Source: Podarcis muralis (taxonomy: Eukaryota). Taken from it: 64,000 nucleotides of DNA. The notes beneath the pieces are model-generated. The model was given only the letters and a program-made list of their open reading frames with translations. It was not told the DNA's origin and did not search any database. This document shows positions 48,710 through 60,720 of this stretch, in pieces. Position 1 is the first letter of the stretch; each line of letters begins with the position of its first letter. Both the position numbers and the translations under genes were made by a program. Where the stretch lies: contig NC_135655.1 in NCBI RefSeq assembly GCF_964188315.1, positions 74,338,001 to 74,402,000 of the forward strand. The letters are read 5' to 3'.

Positions 48710-49370
48710 TCTCTAAGAGACTGCCCAGTTTCTTTCGAAAGGAAGTTCTGCAGGACTAAATACATTTTAAGAACCTAGCAGTCCACATGTCCAATCAGAA
48801 GAAGGGATGAGGAAGAAAGTAGATTCAGTTCACACCTCGAGGATGTGACTGCAGGAGTACAGTATTGCTGTACCAAATCAGAAAAAAAGATATCCAGTCC
48901 AGCATTTTGTCTCCAAATGAGCTGCTTGTTCTGTGCATCACCTGCTAGTGCCTGCGGTTCAGTAGAAGGATCATGAGCAGAGTCCAGTAAAAAAAAGTTG
49001 ACAACTTGAATGCTCTACAGAAAATAATTCTCAGTCCATTTCCCAGTAGAGGTTTACAATAAATTGCCTTTTGTTTCAGGATTATTCTGTTCATTTTCAT
49101 TGCTGAAAACTGTTTGCTTCATGGTTCATTCATTTGCATTTGCATTATGTTTTACTCATTTACATTTGTTTCATTTCAGTACTTGCATTCATTTTTGGTC
49201 TCTCCTCTCTGCTGGTGTTTGTGGTGGCAGCACAGCAGACATCTGCAGGCAGCATTGGGGGAACCTCTGTTTTATCCAGCATCCACTCTTCACCCCTGCA
49301 AAATGCCCTGGGATTGCACTTTGTCTAGGGATTCTGGGGATTAGGAAATGGCAGCTACCAAGAATGGTCC

Positions 49371-49493
49371 CAGAGCCAGCCAACGCATGAGTCAAGGTAA
49401 GCTGACCTCCTGATGTTCCTCCCTTGTTCTTGCAGGGAGGGGGCACCATTTTGGAGTCTGCCTCAGGTGCCAAAATGTCTTGGGCTGGCTCTG
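49371..49493. mobile_element. Small TIR element with near-perfect 8-bp TSD
   Basis: TIR CAGAGCCAGCC; flanks AATGGTCC / AGTGGTCC. Confidence 0.6.
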
Positions 49494-49785
49494 AGTGGTC
49501 CCATACTGCTTTCCGTGTCAATTCAGCTCCTACTGCTGTTGGACACAAATAAACTTGGCCCCAAATATGACCCCAGTTCATGCCCATTCTTTGCACTCTG
49601 TATAGGACAATCAAAAACCGAACTGAGTGAACCTCATTTGATTCCATTTTCCATCTGTCTTGAAACAAATGCACATCCCTACTTCCCAACATCTCTATGT
49701 AATCAACATACAACTCTGTATGGTGATGAACAGAAGAAGCTCTGCTGAATCTTTAGAATGTTTAGAACACTAATACGTTTAAGTG

Positions 49786-49908
49786 GGACAGATAGAATCA
49801 TAAAAGTTTTGAGTTGGAAGCCAGTTGCAGGAATATGCAACTGTCCCATATGGGGATTGAACCAGCAACCTTGGCTTTATCAGCACCACACTCTAGCCAA
49901 CTAAGCTA
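49786..49908 (-). mobile_element. tRNA-head / CR1-tail SINE
   Basis: Reverse-complement relative of 25456-25591. Confidence 0.55.
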
Positions 49909-50374
49909 TTCTCTTCTAGAGGAAACAAATATTGAGGCTACCATGAGAGTGTACTGAGCATGTTGATTTTTTAACCTCACGGATTTGGAAGTCACTTCCT
50001 GATGTTGAGAGAAGTCTCTATGAAGTATTATTTGGTGAGAAAAAATGTTTTCTGTTGTCCAGATGGAAGACGAAGGTGTTGGTGGTCTAAAAAGGGTCCC
50101 CTTTCTGCCTGAGGAAGTGGCTGCCACCAACCACATCCTGTGTCTGTAGTTCTTAGAAGGTTTTAGAAAGTTTCCCTTAATGAAGACTTTAACCCAGCCC
50201 CCATCTTTTCTGCTGTGCAGTTAGATTGTTCAGCCTGAGGTCCAGCTCCATGGGCCCTCTGGTAGTTCCCTCACTGTGAGAAGGCTACAGAAGGCAGAGG
50301 GCCTTCCCGGTAGACATACTCACTCTGTGGCACGCCCTTCCATCAGATGTCAAGGAAATAAACAACTATCTGAC

Positions 50375-50507
50375 TTTAGAAGACATCTGAAGGCAACCCT
50401 GTATAGGGAAGTTTTTAATGTTTTATGTCTTACTGTGTTTTAATTTGATGGAAGCTGCCCAGAGTAGTTGGGGCAACCCAGTCAGGTAGGAGGCATATAA
50501 ATAACAA

Positions 50508-50565
<58 letters not shown>
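50375..50565 (+). mobile_element. L2-type 3' tail with long (TTA)n
   Basis: Same tail as 10955-11100 and 37685-37830. Confidence 0.7.
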
Positions 50566-50566
<1 letters not shown>

Positions 50567-51339
50567 GTTTTGGGGGTTTTCTTTACATAATGCTGAGTAA
50601 TGCTTGCAGCCATGGGCAATGGATAGATAGATGGGTAGATTCAGCTGATGGAATAGAAGTTTCTTCTGACTGATCACAGAGAGGAGGGCAGGTGTGCCCA
50701 TGAGCAGGAGATTCAATTGGGGTGAGCATGCAGAAACAGGATCATCACAAGAGATGGCATTGTATGCCCGAAACAGCCCCTAGCATTTGTTAATTAAGCT
50801 CAGAAAGGGATATGTAGATAGGTGTTGATTCACTGGCAACACGGATAACAAAAGAGCTGGGAGTAGTCTGAATATCGAAAGGCAAAGTGTGTAAGAGCTG
50901 GGTTTCATGAAAGCTACATCCTGTGAGTTTTTGCAAGGTGATTGGCACAGCTGACACATAGTACTCTACTCATTTACAGAATGTGGGATACCTGCCAAGA
51001 AAAGGCATGTCTGCAGCAGAGAATAGGTAAAAGATAGAGCAGGGTGCCAATTTTGATGGACCACCTACTACCTGCTGTTGGATGAAGTGGACCTTTGTAC
51101 TTCTTGTCTTTTACCAAGTCAGACTCTTGGCCCATTTACCTCAGTGTTGTCTACTGGAGGAAGTTCTCCAGAGTCTTAGGCAAGAATTCTTTTCCTGGCC
51201 CCGCTTGAGAGCTTTTAATGCGGAACATGTAATCTAACATTCAGCTATGGGCCTTCTTGTGTTTTTAAGCAAAAGTGCATACTTGGTATCATTAAGCATA
51301 GATGGTGATGATGATGAATTAGTTTCCCTTTGCCCTAAG

Positions 51340-51860
51340 GTTCCAGAGCAAGTTACAACATTACACCACAATGCTAAAAACAGATCAAAACAATCACAAA
51401 AATAAGGTGGGTCGTATAAATGTACACCTCAAGTGTCAAAACCCAGAGTTTATAGGTGTGCCTTCAGCATTCACCAAAGGTGTACAATGAGCTCTGTGAG
51501 GAGGGTGTTCCACAGTTTAGGGGCCATCACAGAAAACCTCTGAGGGCAGAGGAACTACCAAGGGGGGCCCCTCCATTGATCTCAGTACCCAAGAAGGTCT
51601 GTAGGGAAGGAGGTCGTCTTTCAGATATTTTAGGCCTGAGTTGTTTAGGGCTTTAAACATTAACATGAGCAGCTCAAACTGGGCTGGAAATGAACTGGCA
51701 ACCATTGCAGCTTTTTCAAAACAGGAATTGTATGAAACCTGAACAAAAACGAACTGCTGCATTTTGTACCAATTTCAGTTTCCAAGTCATCTTCAAGGGC
51801 AGCTCCAAGTAAAGTGCATTCCAATTACCCAATCGGGAAGTTACCAGAGCGTGGAGTACA
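51340..51860 (-). mobile_element. Decayed L2 fragment
   Basis: Peptide MFKALNNSGLKYLKDDLLPYRP. Confidence 0.65.
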
Positions 51861-53141
51861 GTTATGCCTTAACTATCAATTAATAATAATAAACATTTGC
51901 ATACTGCTTTCAAATATTCATAACACTTAACATGCATTATTTAGTTTTAAGCCTTTCAACAACCCTGTAAGTTAAGTCAGTATTATTATTTCCTATATTG
52001 CTGATGGTGGGTCACCGGTGGGGGTGGGGAGACGACACACTGAGATAATAGTTTGTCTAAAGCCATCTAAAACCATTGAATTCAGTAGTACTTACTTTCA
52101 GGTATTTATTTTTTACTTATTGCATTTGTATACTGCCCATATAACACAAACCCCCAATTCACTGGGGGTTGAATAGCAGGTGTCCCTCAACTGGCCTCTG
52201 TTATTTGAAAACTCAAAGAAGTTGATGCCAGCCATATCTGAAAGGAATTCCACATTCAGGGGGCCAACACAGAAAAGGCCCTCTCTCCAAGAGTGGACAA
52301 GGAGCCAATATAGTGCTCCTGCTGGTGTGTTTCAACAGTGCTAGCCTTTCCCTCCCATCCTTTCTCCCAGCAAGCCACAGCGATTCCGCTGCCAGATCAG
52401 GTAAGTGTTGCCACCCCAACTCAGCTACTGCCTCTCTTGTGTAGCAGTTGATCAAATATCAGTCAACTTCCGCTTTGTGAAGGGTGCTTCTCTGATAGAT
52501 TTTTACATGCAGGCAGGTCTATATGAGAGAAGGTGCTCAATCAAGTAACTGGGTCTCTGTTTAAGGGAAGCTTTTGCAATATCCTGGGTGACCTGCCTTA
52601 TTGTGAGCACACACTGCACTCAAATTATAGCTCGGATGTTTACAGAATGCCCCTTAGGCATGGTGTGTCATCCCTTGGACAATTAGCAAGGCTTAATCAC
52701 CTATTATCAGAAGATGAACAATATGCTCCATTGAGCACCATTACTATGAATAATAATATGATCCTGATGTTTTGAAATCCTTAGGGAAGCCTTCCAGCAT
52801 TGAGCCATTAAGATTATTTTCATATATAGTAGAGTACTGGAGAAGGAATAGCCTTAAGAATTTGCTTCCATGGGATCTGAGGTGGGCCCAAGCGTTATTT
52901 TCAAGGCCAAGTAAAAGCATGTACCACATACCATCTCCCAGACACATACATGGAATCCCATTCATACAAACATGTGAAAGAAAATGTTCTCTTTTCATTT
53001 TGAAATTTCATTTTCTACATTTTCAAAATCACACCCAGGCTTTTCTTTCATGCTCCAAACCACCTAGCACTTTTAGGCTATTGTTGTTCAGTCTGAAGAA
53101 GAGTCTTACAAAGTTTGCTGGCTGTATTGTCACTTTTTCGT

Positions 53142-53347
53142 TAGCAGTTCGAAAGCACAAAGTGCAAGTAGATAAATAGGTACCGCTCCAGCGGGAAGGT
53201 AAACGGCCAGAAGCGGCTTAGTCATGCTGGCCACATGACCCAGAAGCTGTCCGGCTCCCTCGGCCAATAAAGGGAGATGAGCGCCGCAACCCCAGAGTCG
53301 GTCACGACTGGACCTAATGGTCAGGGGTTCCTTTACCTTTACCTTTA
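53142..53347 (+). mobile_element. 5'-truncated Sauria SINE
   Basis: Matches the 3' half of the copy at 1270-1620; ACCTTT tail. Confidence 0.88.
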
Positions 53348-55529
53348 AGAAACATATAGTCCTTTTGATGTGTTTATTTTTTTTATTATAATAGGCAAAC
53401 ATAGCTGCAAGCATTTTATAAATTCACTTTAAAGCATTCTTTCCCCCCCCGGCCCTTTTCAATGCAAATTCGTGAATTAATGGAACTTACCATGATATAA
53501 CATAACTATCTTTTGAAAGCATTAGACCAAAGTCTTATGATGCTTCTTGCAGCTCTTCATCACCACCATCAGTCTCTATACTGAAATCAATTTCATCTTG
53601 TTTTTTTGGTTCATCTATTTCACTAGTAACTATACCTACCACCACCACCACCAATTACTGAATTGCTTAGTTAGCGTATTCTCTAGAGATAAGCCAAATG
53701 CTTTTTCCCCCTTTCCCCCTTTTTTGGTATCTCATACTGGTGGTAGGCATATTTCTAAGAAATGGAGCAGGGTGTACCTCACTTAGATGAAGTGGCCAAG
53801 TCTCCCCACCCATTGGTGGCCATCAGCTGGAAGGGGATGTTGTTATTTAAGTGTAAAAATAGAAGAGGGGAACCTCAACTACAAAATAAGGAAAACCACC
53901 ACCACTCCTGAAAAAGCCCTCCCCCCAGCCAAAAAAGCTTTTCATGTGCAGTAAACACTTCCAAAACTCACCTGTGGATGCATCTATCTGTAGCGTGCCC
54001 ATGTGCGCTGTTTTGCAGAGGATAGCCCTCTCATTCATTGGCTGCCAGGTTTGAAGAGCACCTCTATTTAAACAGCTGTCCTGTGCAAATCCCATTTGAA
54101 AATATAAAAACATAAAAAGGGAGAAGAGTTGTGGCCTGGAAATTGCCCGTCTACAGCACTTGCACACTATACCAAGCAGGTATCATGGCTATACACTTCC
54201 CCCATGATGGTCAGATGTGTTGTATTTCTAATTAAAATTACAACAATCCTTTATAAATGTGCACATATACATATAACTAACCCCATGTGTGTTTGAATGC
54301 AGACATGTGACAAGCCTGCTTGCCTGTCACCTTAGAGTGCTGGGTGAACATAACACTGTGCAAGTGCGATGTACCTGCTGTGGACGGTGTCTGTGACTCC
54401 ATCCGCCCATCCCGTACATTATATTGACAATTTTAAAATGGCGTTTTTAGTGTTTGGGTTACTCTTTGAGAAGATTAGCACCTCTCATGGTATGAGGCAA
54501 GCAAAGCAATGCAACACAGACCTTCAAAACAGAAGAAACAATGTTATACACGTAAGCAACCGTAACAATATCCTCCAGCTTCATTAATAGTTCCTTTTTA
54601 AAAAGCCAAACTTCTTTTTTTAAGGCTATCACACCATACCTGGTCAATGAGGCCTAACACAAGTATAAGGCTCACTGAAAAGTAAGGGTTTTAAAAACTG
54701 CCTGTATGAACCTTCAATACACAATCCTCATTTCACTTTCAGACACAAACTTCTTTCCTTCAGTCAGTCTTTAAAAATCTGCTTGCATGGTGCAGTCTTA
54801 GAAGAGCAATGTGTAATTAAGGACTTTCATAGAGTGTGAATCTGCATGCTGTTTAGATGAGATTCATTCCAAGTAGATTCATTCCATAACCTGAAACAAA
54901 TATATGGAGTGGACATATATTCATTTTAAAAAAATAAATAAATCTGGGGATTCCAGATTGATACTGCTTCAAGTTTTGTGCTTGCCATTGTTGTTTCTAG
55001 TTCATACAGTTTCTTTTCCGTCGATTGTTTTTGTACTAATTTATCAATTCATTAGGAGACATGCTGTTGACATGATGAGCTATGTAAACATGAGGATGCA
55101 ATTTGGAATGTTTTTGGCACTAGCAGCTGAACTCATTAAGTGTTAGTTTATACCTGCTGTCTTTTGGAAAGATTTCAATAAAGACGCAGTTTTATAAGCT
55201 TTGTGGAGAAACATTTAGAATTGGTTAGAGTAATCTGGGACAGCTTCACTTTAGAGGGATTGCGAATGTGGTTGTCTCGGGTCTGACTCTAGGTTTGAGG
55301 ATGCCCTGAGCAATGGCCCTCCTCATGGGCTACCTCCTCTAGTGGTGGACCATGTGGTGAGCTCACTTGGCAGCTGCGGCAGACAGCAGTGTGCATGTGG
55401 AGGTGAACCATCATTTGAACTTACCACAGTGCCCTGGGGCAGTGCCTCATGGGTGGGGTGGCAAAGCCATCACCATTCCAGTAATAGTCCTGTGAGCAGA
55501 CTGCCAGCAACATGTCCTCCACTGTATAA

Positions 55530-55710
55530 GGGGAAGAGGTGTAGCTCAGTGGAAGGGCATCTGCTCTGCATGCCTAAGGGCCCAGGTTCAAACTCTGGGA
55601 TCTCCAGGTAGGGCTATGAATGTCCCCTATCTGAAAAACTGGAGAGCCACTGTCAGTGTGAACAATACAGAGCTACATGGACTGTTTCACTCAGTATAAG
55701 GCAGCTTCCA
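55530..55710 (+). mobile_element. tRNA-derived SINE (Squam2-like)
   Basis: GTAGCTCAGTGG...GGTTCAAACTCTGG head. Confidence 0.65.
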
Positions 55711-55824
55711 AGGTTGTAACGGCCACCCACTTCCCACATCATGTGACTGATTTGCTCAGAAGTAAGCCATGCTCCTAATAATCTGCTGGTCAAGCTTTAG
55801 CCTGCCGTCTCCTATCTCCCCATA

Positions 55825-56055
55825 CAGTAGTACCTCAGGTTACAAACGCTTTAGGTTACAAACACTTCGGGTTACAAATTCCTCTATCCTGGAAGTAGTT
55901 GCTCCAGGTTGCAAACTTTGCTCCAGGATGAGAATGGAAATCGCATGGCGGCAGCAGGAGGCCCCTTTAGCGAAAGCGCGCCTCAGGTTAAGAACAGTTT
56001 CGAGTTAAGAACGGACCTCTGGAACAAATTAAGTTCGTAACCCCAGGTACCGCTG
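55825..56055. mobile_element. Tc1/mariner MITE
   Basis: Degenerate CAGTAGTACCTC / GGTACCGCTG TIRs, TA TSD. Confidence 0.82.
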
Positions 56056-56133
56056 TAGTTTACACAGCATAACTCCAGTCTAGGTCTAGGCAGATGTGGG
56101 AGAGGCAAAGGACTCTGTCCTCTTTGGGTAGTA

Positions 56134-56375
56134 CAGTGGTACCTTGGGTTACAGATGCTTCAGGTTACAGATGCTTCAGGTTACAGACTCCACTAACCCA
56201 GAAATAGTACCTTGGGTTAAGAACTTTGCTTCAGGATGAGAACAGAAATCGTGCCCTAGTGGCACAGCGGCAGCAGGAGGCCCCATTAGCTAAAGTGGTG
56301 CTTCAGGTTAAGAACAGTTTCAGGTTAAGAACGGACCTCCGGAACGCATTAAGTTCTTAACCCGAGGTACCACTG
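56134..56375. mobile_element. Tc1/mariner MITE
   Basis: TIRs and TA TSD. Confidence 0.88.
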
Positions 56376-58314
56376 TATAGGAATCCAGCCCAACCCAGGT
56401 TTCCAAATTATTCAAGGTTATTACATACAAGTATAAAGAGCAAAATAGATCAGATTATTGGGTTAACTCTAAGTTTTGCATTATTTAATAAGATGGGCCA
56501 AGACTAAAGATGGTCATATCCATCTTTATTTTTTTTATTTTTTCTAAAAAATGTTGAGGGGTACTCTCATTTTCCTACTCATATTTAAATACTGCCCCTC
56601 AATGAGGCCAAACTTAGATTCACAAAAATGTTTAGGGGCAATGCATACCCCTGTGTCCCCCTCAGGAAAAAAGCACTGGTCGTATCTGTTTCTCAGTTTC
56701 TCATTTATCCCATATTCAGTTCACTTTTCCACATTTTTGCATCAGTTTGTGAATTTATTATTACTACATTTATTACCCACTCTTGGGTCCCAGTGGAAGG
56801 TTATAACAATTTGAAATTCAGAATTAAACACACAGAGAGAGAGTTGTACACCACCCCAATCTCCGAGCTGTGCAAAATTCCAGGGGGTCCAGGCAATCAC
56901 CCAGTGTTCAACTGTGGTATCTTTATGATATATGGTTTAATTACACATATATACAACCTGAGCCTATGACGGAGGGACTCACGGTTTTAACACCCCAAAA
57001 GTGTCTTGTTTTTTCCATAGCTGCAGCCATGGATTCAAACAGAAATCAAACATTGTGCTCTGCTCCTCTGGCTTTCCAGCCTACAGTTTGACTTCTGCTT
57101 TCTATCTTCTGCTCACAAACTCAACTCTAAACTCTGGCTTTTGTCCTTCTAACCAACCACAAGCTAACCCCCTTTCCTTCCTTCTCTTAATGGTCCATCA
57201 CCCCAGGCAATTATCTGATCAGGAAGGTAGCCTGACTTGCTGGATCCATGGAATCAGGAAGTTAGCCTGGCTTTTTTTTTAGCACTGGCTGGGTTCAGGG
57301 GTTAAAAAGGTCTGGCACCCACAAAATCATAACAATATAGTCATCACAAAAGTTTTATCAACATTTAAGTGCTCATTTCTGCTAATAAAACACATTTTGG
57401 CAAACCATTTCCCCTATTATAATGAATTTGTATACGCTATTTTCACTAATATATGCAGTTCCCCTTCTTCCAGCCTTATCTCATAACCTCATGCTGGTGA
57501 ATCACTTTCAGGAGCCACTCAGATATAGATGAGTTAACATTGGCTCATCTGCTTAATGGCTAGATTCTACCACAGCAATGATTTCATACACTGGTGATAA
57601 AATTTGCAGGCTGATCTGGATTGCAGTTCAACCTGAAACACTAAGGCTTTGTTTTGTCTGTGCCGAATCTTCTAGCATTCACCTTCCTTGGAACCTGGTC
57701 CCAGGTTCAAGTATTATGAGGGAGAAAAATTCTGTCTTACTTTCTCCATACCATGCATAATTTTATATACCTCAGATAATCCTAAGGGAGCACACCAATG
57801 TGGAAGTGGCCCATTAGAAGTCACTTTAGGGCCAGGGCTCCCTCAAACTTGGAGCTGTCTGCTCATCACCATTGTAGCTACGCTGAGGCTGGCCCTTCTC
57901 CAGCCTCTTGCTCACTTTGGCAGGCAGAGAGACTGACTCACTGATCTTCCTCACCTCTTGCTCGTGGCTTCTGAGCCAGAGGGAGAAGACAAGTAAACAA
58001 GCAGGTGACACTGGTATGGAGGAGAGGGAGCAGGTCTAGAGGGTATCTCTCAATGATGTGCCCACTGTTAGAAAGATGCCTGACCACACACATCTCCAAC
58101 AGTGGCTTTTTAACATTTCAGATAGATAAGGGCTGCCAATGGCTACTAGAAATGATGGCTCGGCTCTGCCCGACTTGCTGGAAACCACAGAAGGAGAGAG
58201 TGCTCTTGTGTGTGAATCCTACTTGTGGGTTTCCCACAGGCTGGCCACTGTGAGAACAGGAAGCTGGACTAGACAGTCCATTGGCTTGATCCAGCCGGCT
58301 CTTCATATGTTCAA

Positions 58315-58700
58315 ATACTATCCTCCATAGCTAACCAATACACTGAAACTGACATGGGGACAAATAGAAGAGGACGCCTTCACCCCAGTATGGCTCCCCT
58401 TTATCACATACACAGTCCAACAAGACGATGACAAAAATCCACCGACAGCATACGAATCAATCTGTCTCACTTGACCCAACAAGCCCTCCTCTCCACCCTC
58501 ATAAAGGCAAACAAACCCCATTGCAGCCAACCACAGACACAGACAACCATACCCTGGGCCCCCAACCTCTCTCACTACCAAGGAAATGTAACAAGCGAAA
58601 AGAAAGAGAGCCTACCCAGTTGACGCTGACACAAAATCCCACACGCACACTATAAAAAAAAAATTTATAAGCCTCACCACTTCACCCCTCCTCTCCCTCT
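58315..58700 (+). mobile_element. Probable L1-type LINE extreme 3' end
   Basis: KLTWGQIEEDAFTPVWLPFITY resembles the L1 ORF2 C-terminus (EKLT...F...W.PF..Y), followed by an A/C-rich UTR. Confidence 0.5.
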
Positions 58701-58717
58701 TCTTCCCCAACTTTATA

Positions 58718-58915
58718 CAGTCATACCTCGGGTTACAGATGCTTTGGGTTGCGCACTGCGCCAAACCCAGAAGTACCGGAACGGGTTACTTCTGGGTTTC
58801 GGTACTTGCGCATGCACAGAAGCACCAAATGTGACCTGCACGTGCGCAGACGCAGCGCTGCGGGTTGCGAACGCGCTTCCCACACGGATCACGTTTGCAA
58901 CCCGAGCCTCCACTG
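58718..58915. mobile_element. Tc1/mariner MITE, related subtype
   Basis: CAGTCATACCTCGGGTT / AACCCGAGCCTCCACTG, TA TSD. Confidence 0.75.
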
Positions 58916-59819
58916 TACTATAGTCAACACTAAGATCTCACAACATATGTAACTGATTTGTAAGGAAGACTGTACAACCTGAAAAAAGAGCCAAGGCATG
59001 TACTTTTGTAAACCCAGAAAATCTTTAATAATAATTATATATTAATTCTATATATGATCCTCCATGTCCATAGAGAACTTTCTCATGTTTTCTCATGTCA
59101 TTTTCAGTTGTGAATCGCCCTGGGATCTTTGGATGAAGAGCGGTATACAAATTTAATAATAGTAATAATAAACAATAATGTTCCCTCACACCTCAGGACT
59201 GTTGTCACTTGTTACAAGGATTTACAGAAAGGAGTGCCTTCTCCCACAACAGCCTGCCTGTGCATTAAAATCTTCAGATGTGGCTCTGCTCATAATACTG
59301 TTCATTAGTTAATTTTATATATGAATTTCTAGCATGCCCTGATCAATATGGGTTTAAGTACAGTAAAACAACACTGCAATAAAAACAAATCTGCAAAACT
59401 TACACAAGCAGAGCATATTCCCGAAAGCATTTCCGGTGTCACTTGAGTTTCTGAAGTGTGTTATGTATGTGCAAAGACGGGGGCTTCCTGAAGGAAGTCA
59501 GACTGGAACTGGCACCACAGTCTTTTCTGTGCCAGGTCAAGACTTTTCCTTAAGTGCTGGCTTTATGGCCTCTGTCTGCTTTTTAGTTTTATTAATTTGT
59601 GCCTCTCCGTTTCTGCTTGAAGGATATGGTTGTTCTTATTCTACCACCACTTTGGAATCAGGACAGAGGGTGATTTAGCTTTTCTTTTTTTAAAAAAAAT
59701 ATGAACAAGTTCTTTCTCTTCCCTGACATGCAGCAGTGCTGATGTCCAACAAGGATGAAAAAACAAAAACAAAAAAGCAACCAAAAGTGCGGATCATCAT
59801 TTAGAACAAAATGCTAAGT

Positions 59820-60720
59820 TGTGAATCAGGTGCGTGACAAAAACAGGAACCCAACATTTGCTAATGTTAAGCAAAGCCGTGTGACTTTTGGGGGTGTCCG
59901 GGTGCAGCAGCACCAGCGCTTAACGCGGACTTCCTCCTCTGCAGCCAACCAACTCTCGCGGAAATCGCATGTGCGTAAACAGGCATGTGCTTTTTTTGGC
60001 TCAGCTTTTGCTGTAATGAGACCGGAGCATTTCTCCTGGTACCTGTCGGCACTTACAGGGTTAAAGACCTTCCCCCTCCTCCTCCTCCGGGGACCACGTG
60101 ACTGCGAGAGAGGCACATTTCGGGCGGTCAGCTGACCAAGCAGTCACGGGGTTGTATTGCTCAGTCATTCCCCTTAATACCGGGAGGGCTGCGGGTGTGC
60201 AAAACAGACCGGACTTGGAGCAGCACGGGAAGCGCATCTGCTCCCCGTCGGTACCTGAGAGTTGCTACGATCCAGCCCAGCCGCTGCCGTCGTCATGGGG
60301 CTCCGCTCTTTAATCCTGCTCGCGTCCCTGGTGGTCGCTAGCTCGGCGCTCATCAGGTGAGGGTCGCCTTCCTCTCGCACAGTCGCCAAGCGCTCGGGGT
60401 TCCTTGGCTGGCGGAGGAGACTGGAAAGAAGTGGGGGCGGGCGGGGGGAGATAAGGAAAGCTTTCTTTGCAACCTGGAGGAAACTGCAGGGTTGTTGTGT
60501 AAAATGGAGCCCCGTGTCTGCTGATCAACCGCGTTGGCTTCTCACCCGGGAGGGCGTGTCCGGAAAGAGCGGACATCTCGAGGGCTCCGTCAAGTTCAAC
60601 TCGTGGCGTGCTGCCCTCGATTTGCAGCCTGGCAGGATCTGGAGGGGCTAGGCGGGTCTGCTGTCATCTGCCCGGTTGCACGGGCTCTCAGACGAGCGAG
60701 CGGGATCCTTTCCTTGAAGG
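59820..60720 (+). promoter_or_regulatory. CpG-island promoter with CLEAR/E-box-like motif (ACCACGTGAC 60093-60102), GC box (60122-60127) and palindrome GGTCAGCTGACC (60126-60137)
   Basis: Visibly CpG-dense compared with the rest of the window; surrounds the ATG at 60295. Confidence 0.75.
60295..60356 (+). CDS. CTSD: Coding exon 1 of a secreted/lysosomal aspartic protease, probably cathepsin D: MGLRSLILLASLVVASSALIR
   Basis: Good Kozak (GTCGTCATGG), hydrophobic signal peptide ending ALIR, phase-2 donor AG|gtgagg as in CTSD exon 1 (ALVR/ALIR), CpG island and CLEAR-like site. Only 21 residues, so paralogs are not excluded. Confidence 0.62.

Noticed and set aside
49189-49713. 174-aa minus-strand ORF
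   Set aside because: Runs through a TIR element (49371-49493) and a repeat-like AGGGATGTGCA terminus; composite and non-coding
52600-53140. 135-aa plus-strand ORF and weak L1-like peptides on the minus strand
   Set aside because: Too degenerate to assign; probably an old LINE remnant
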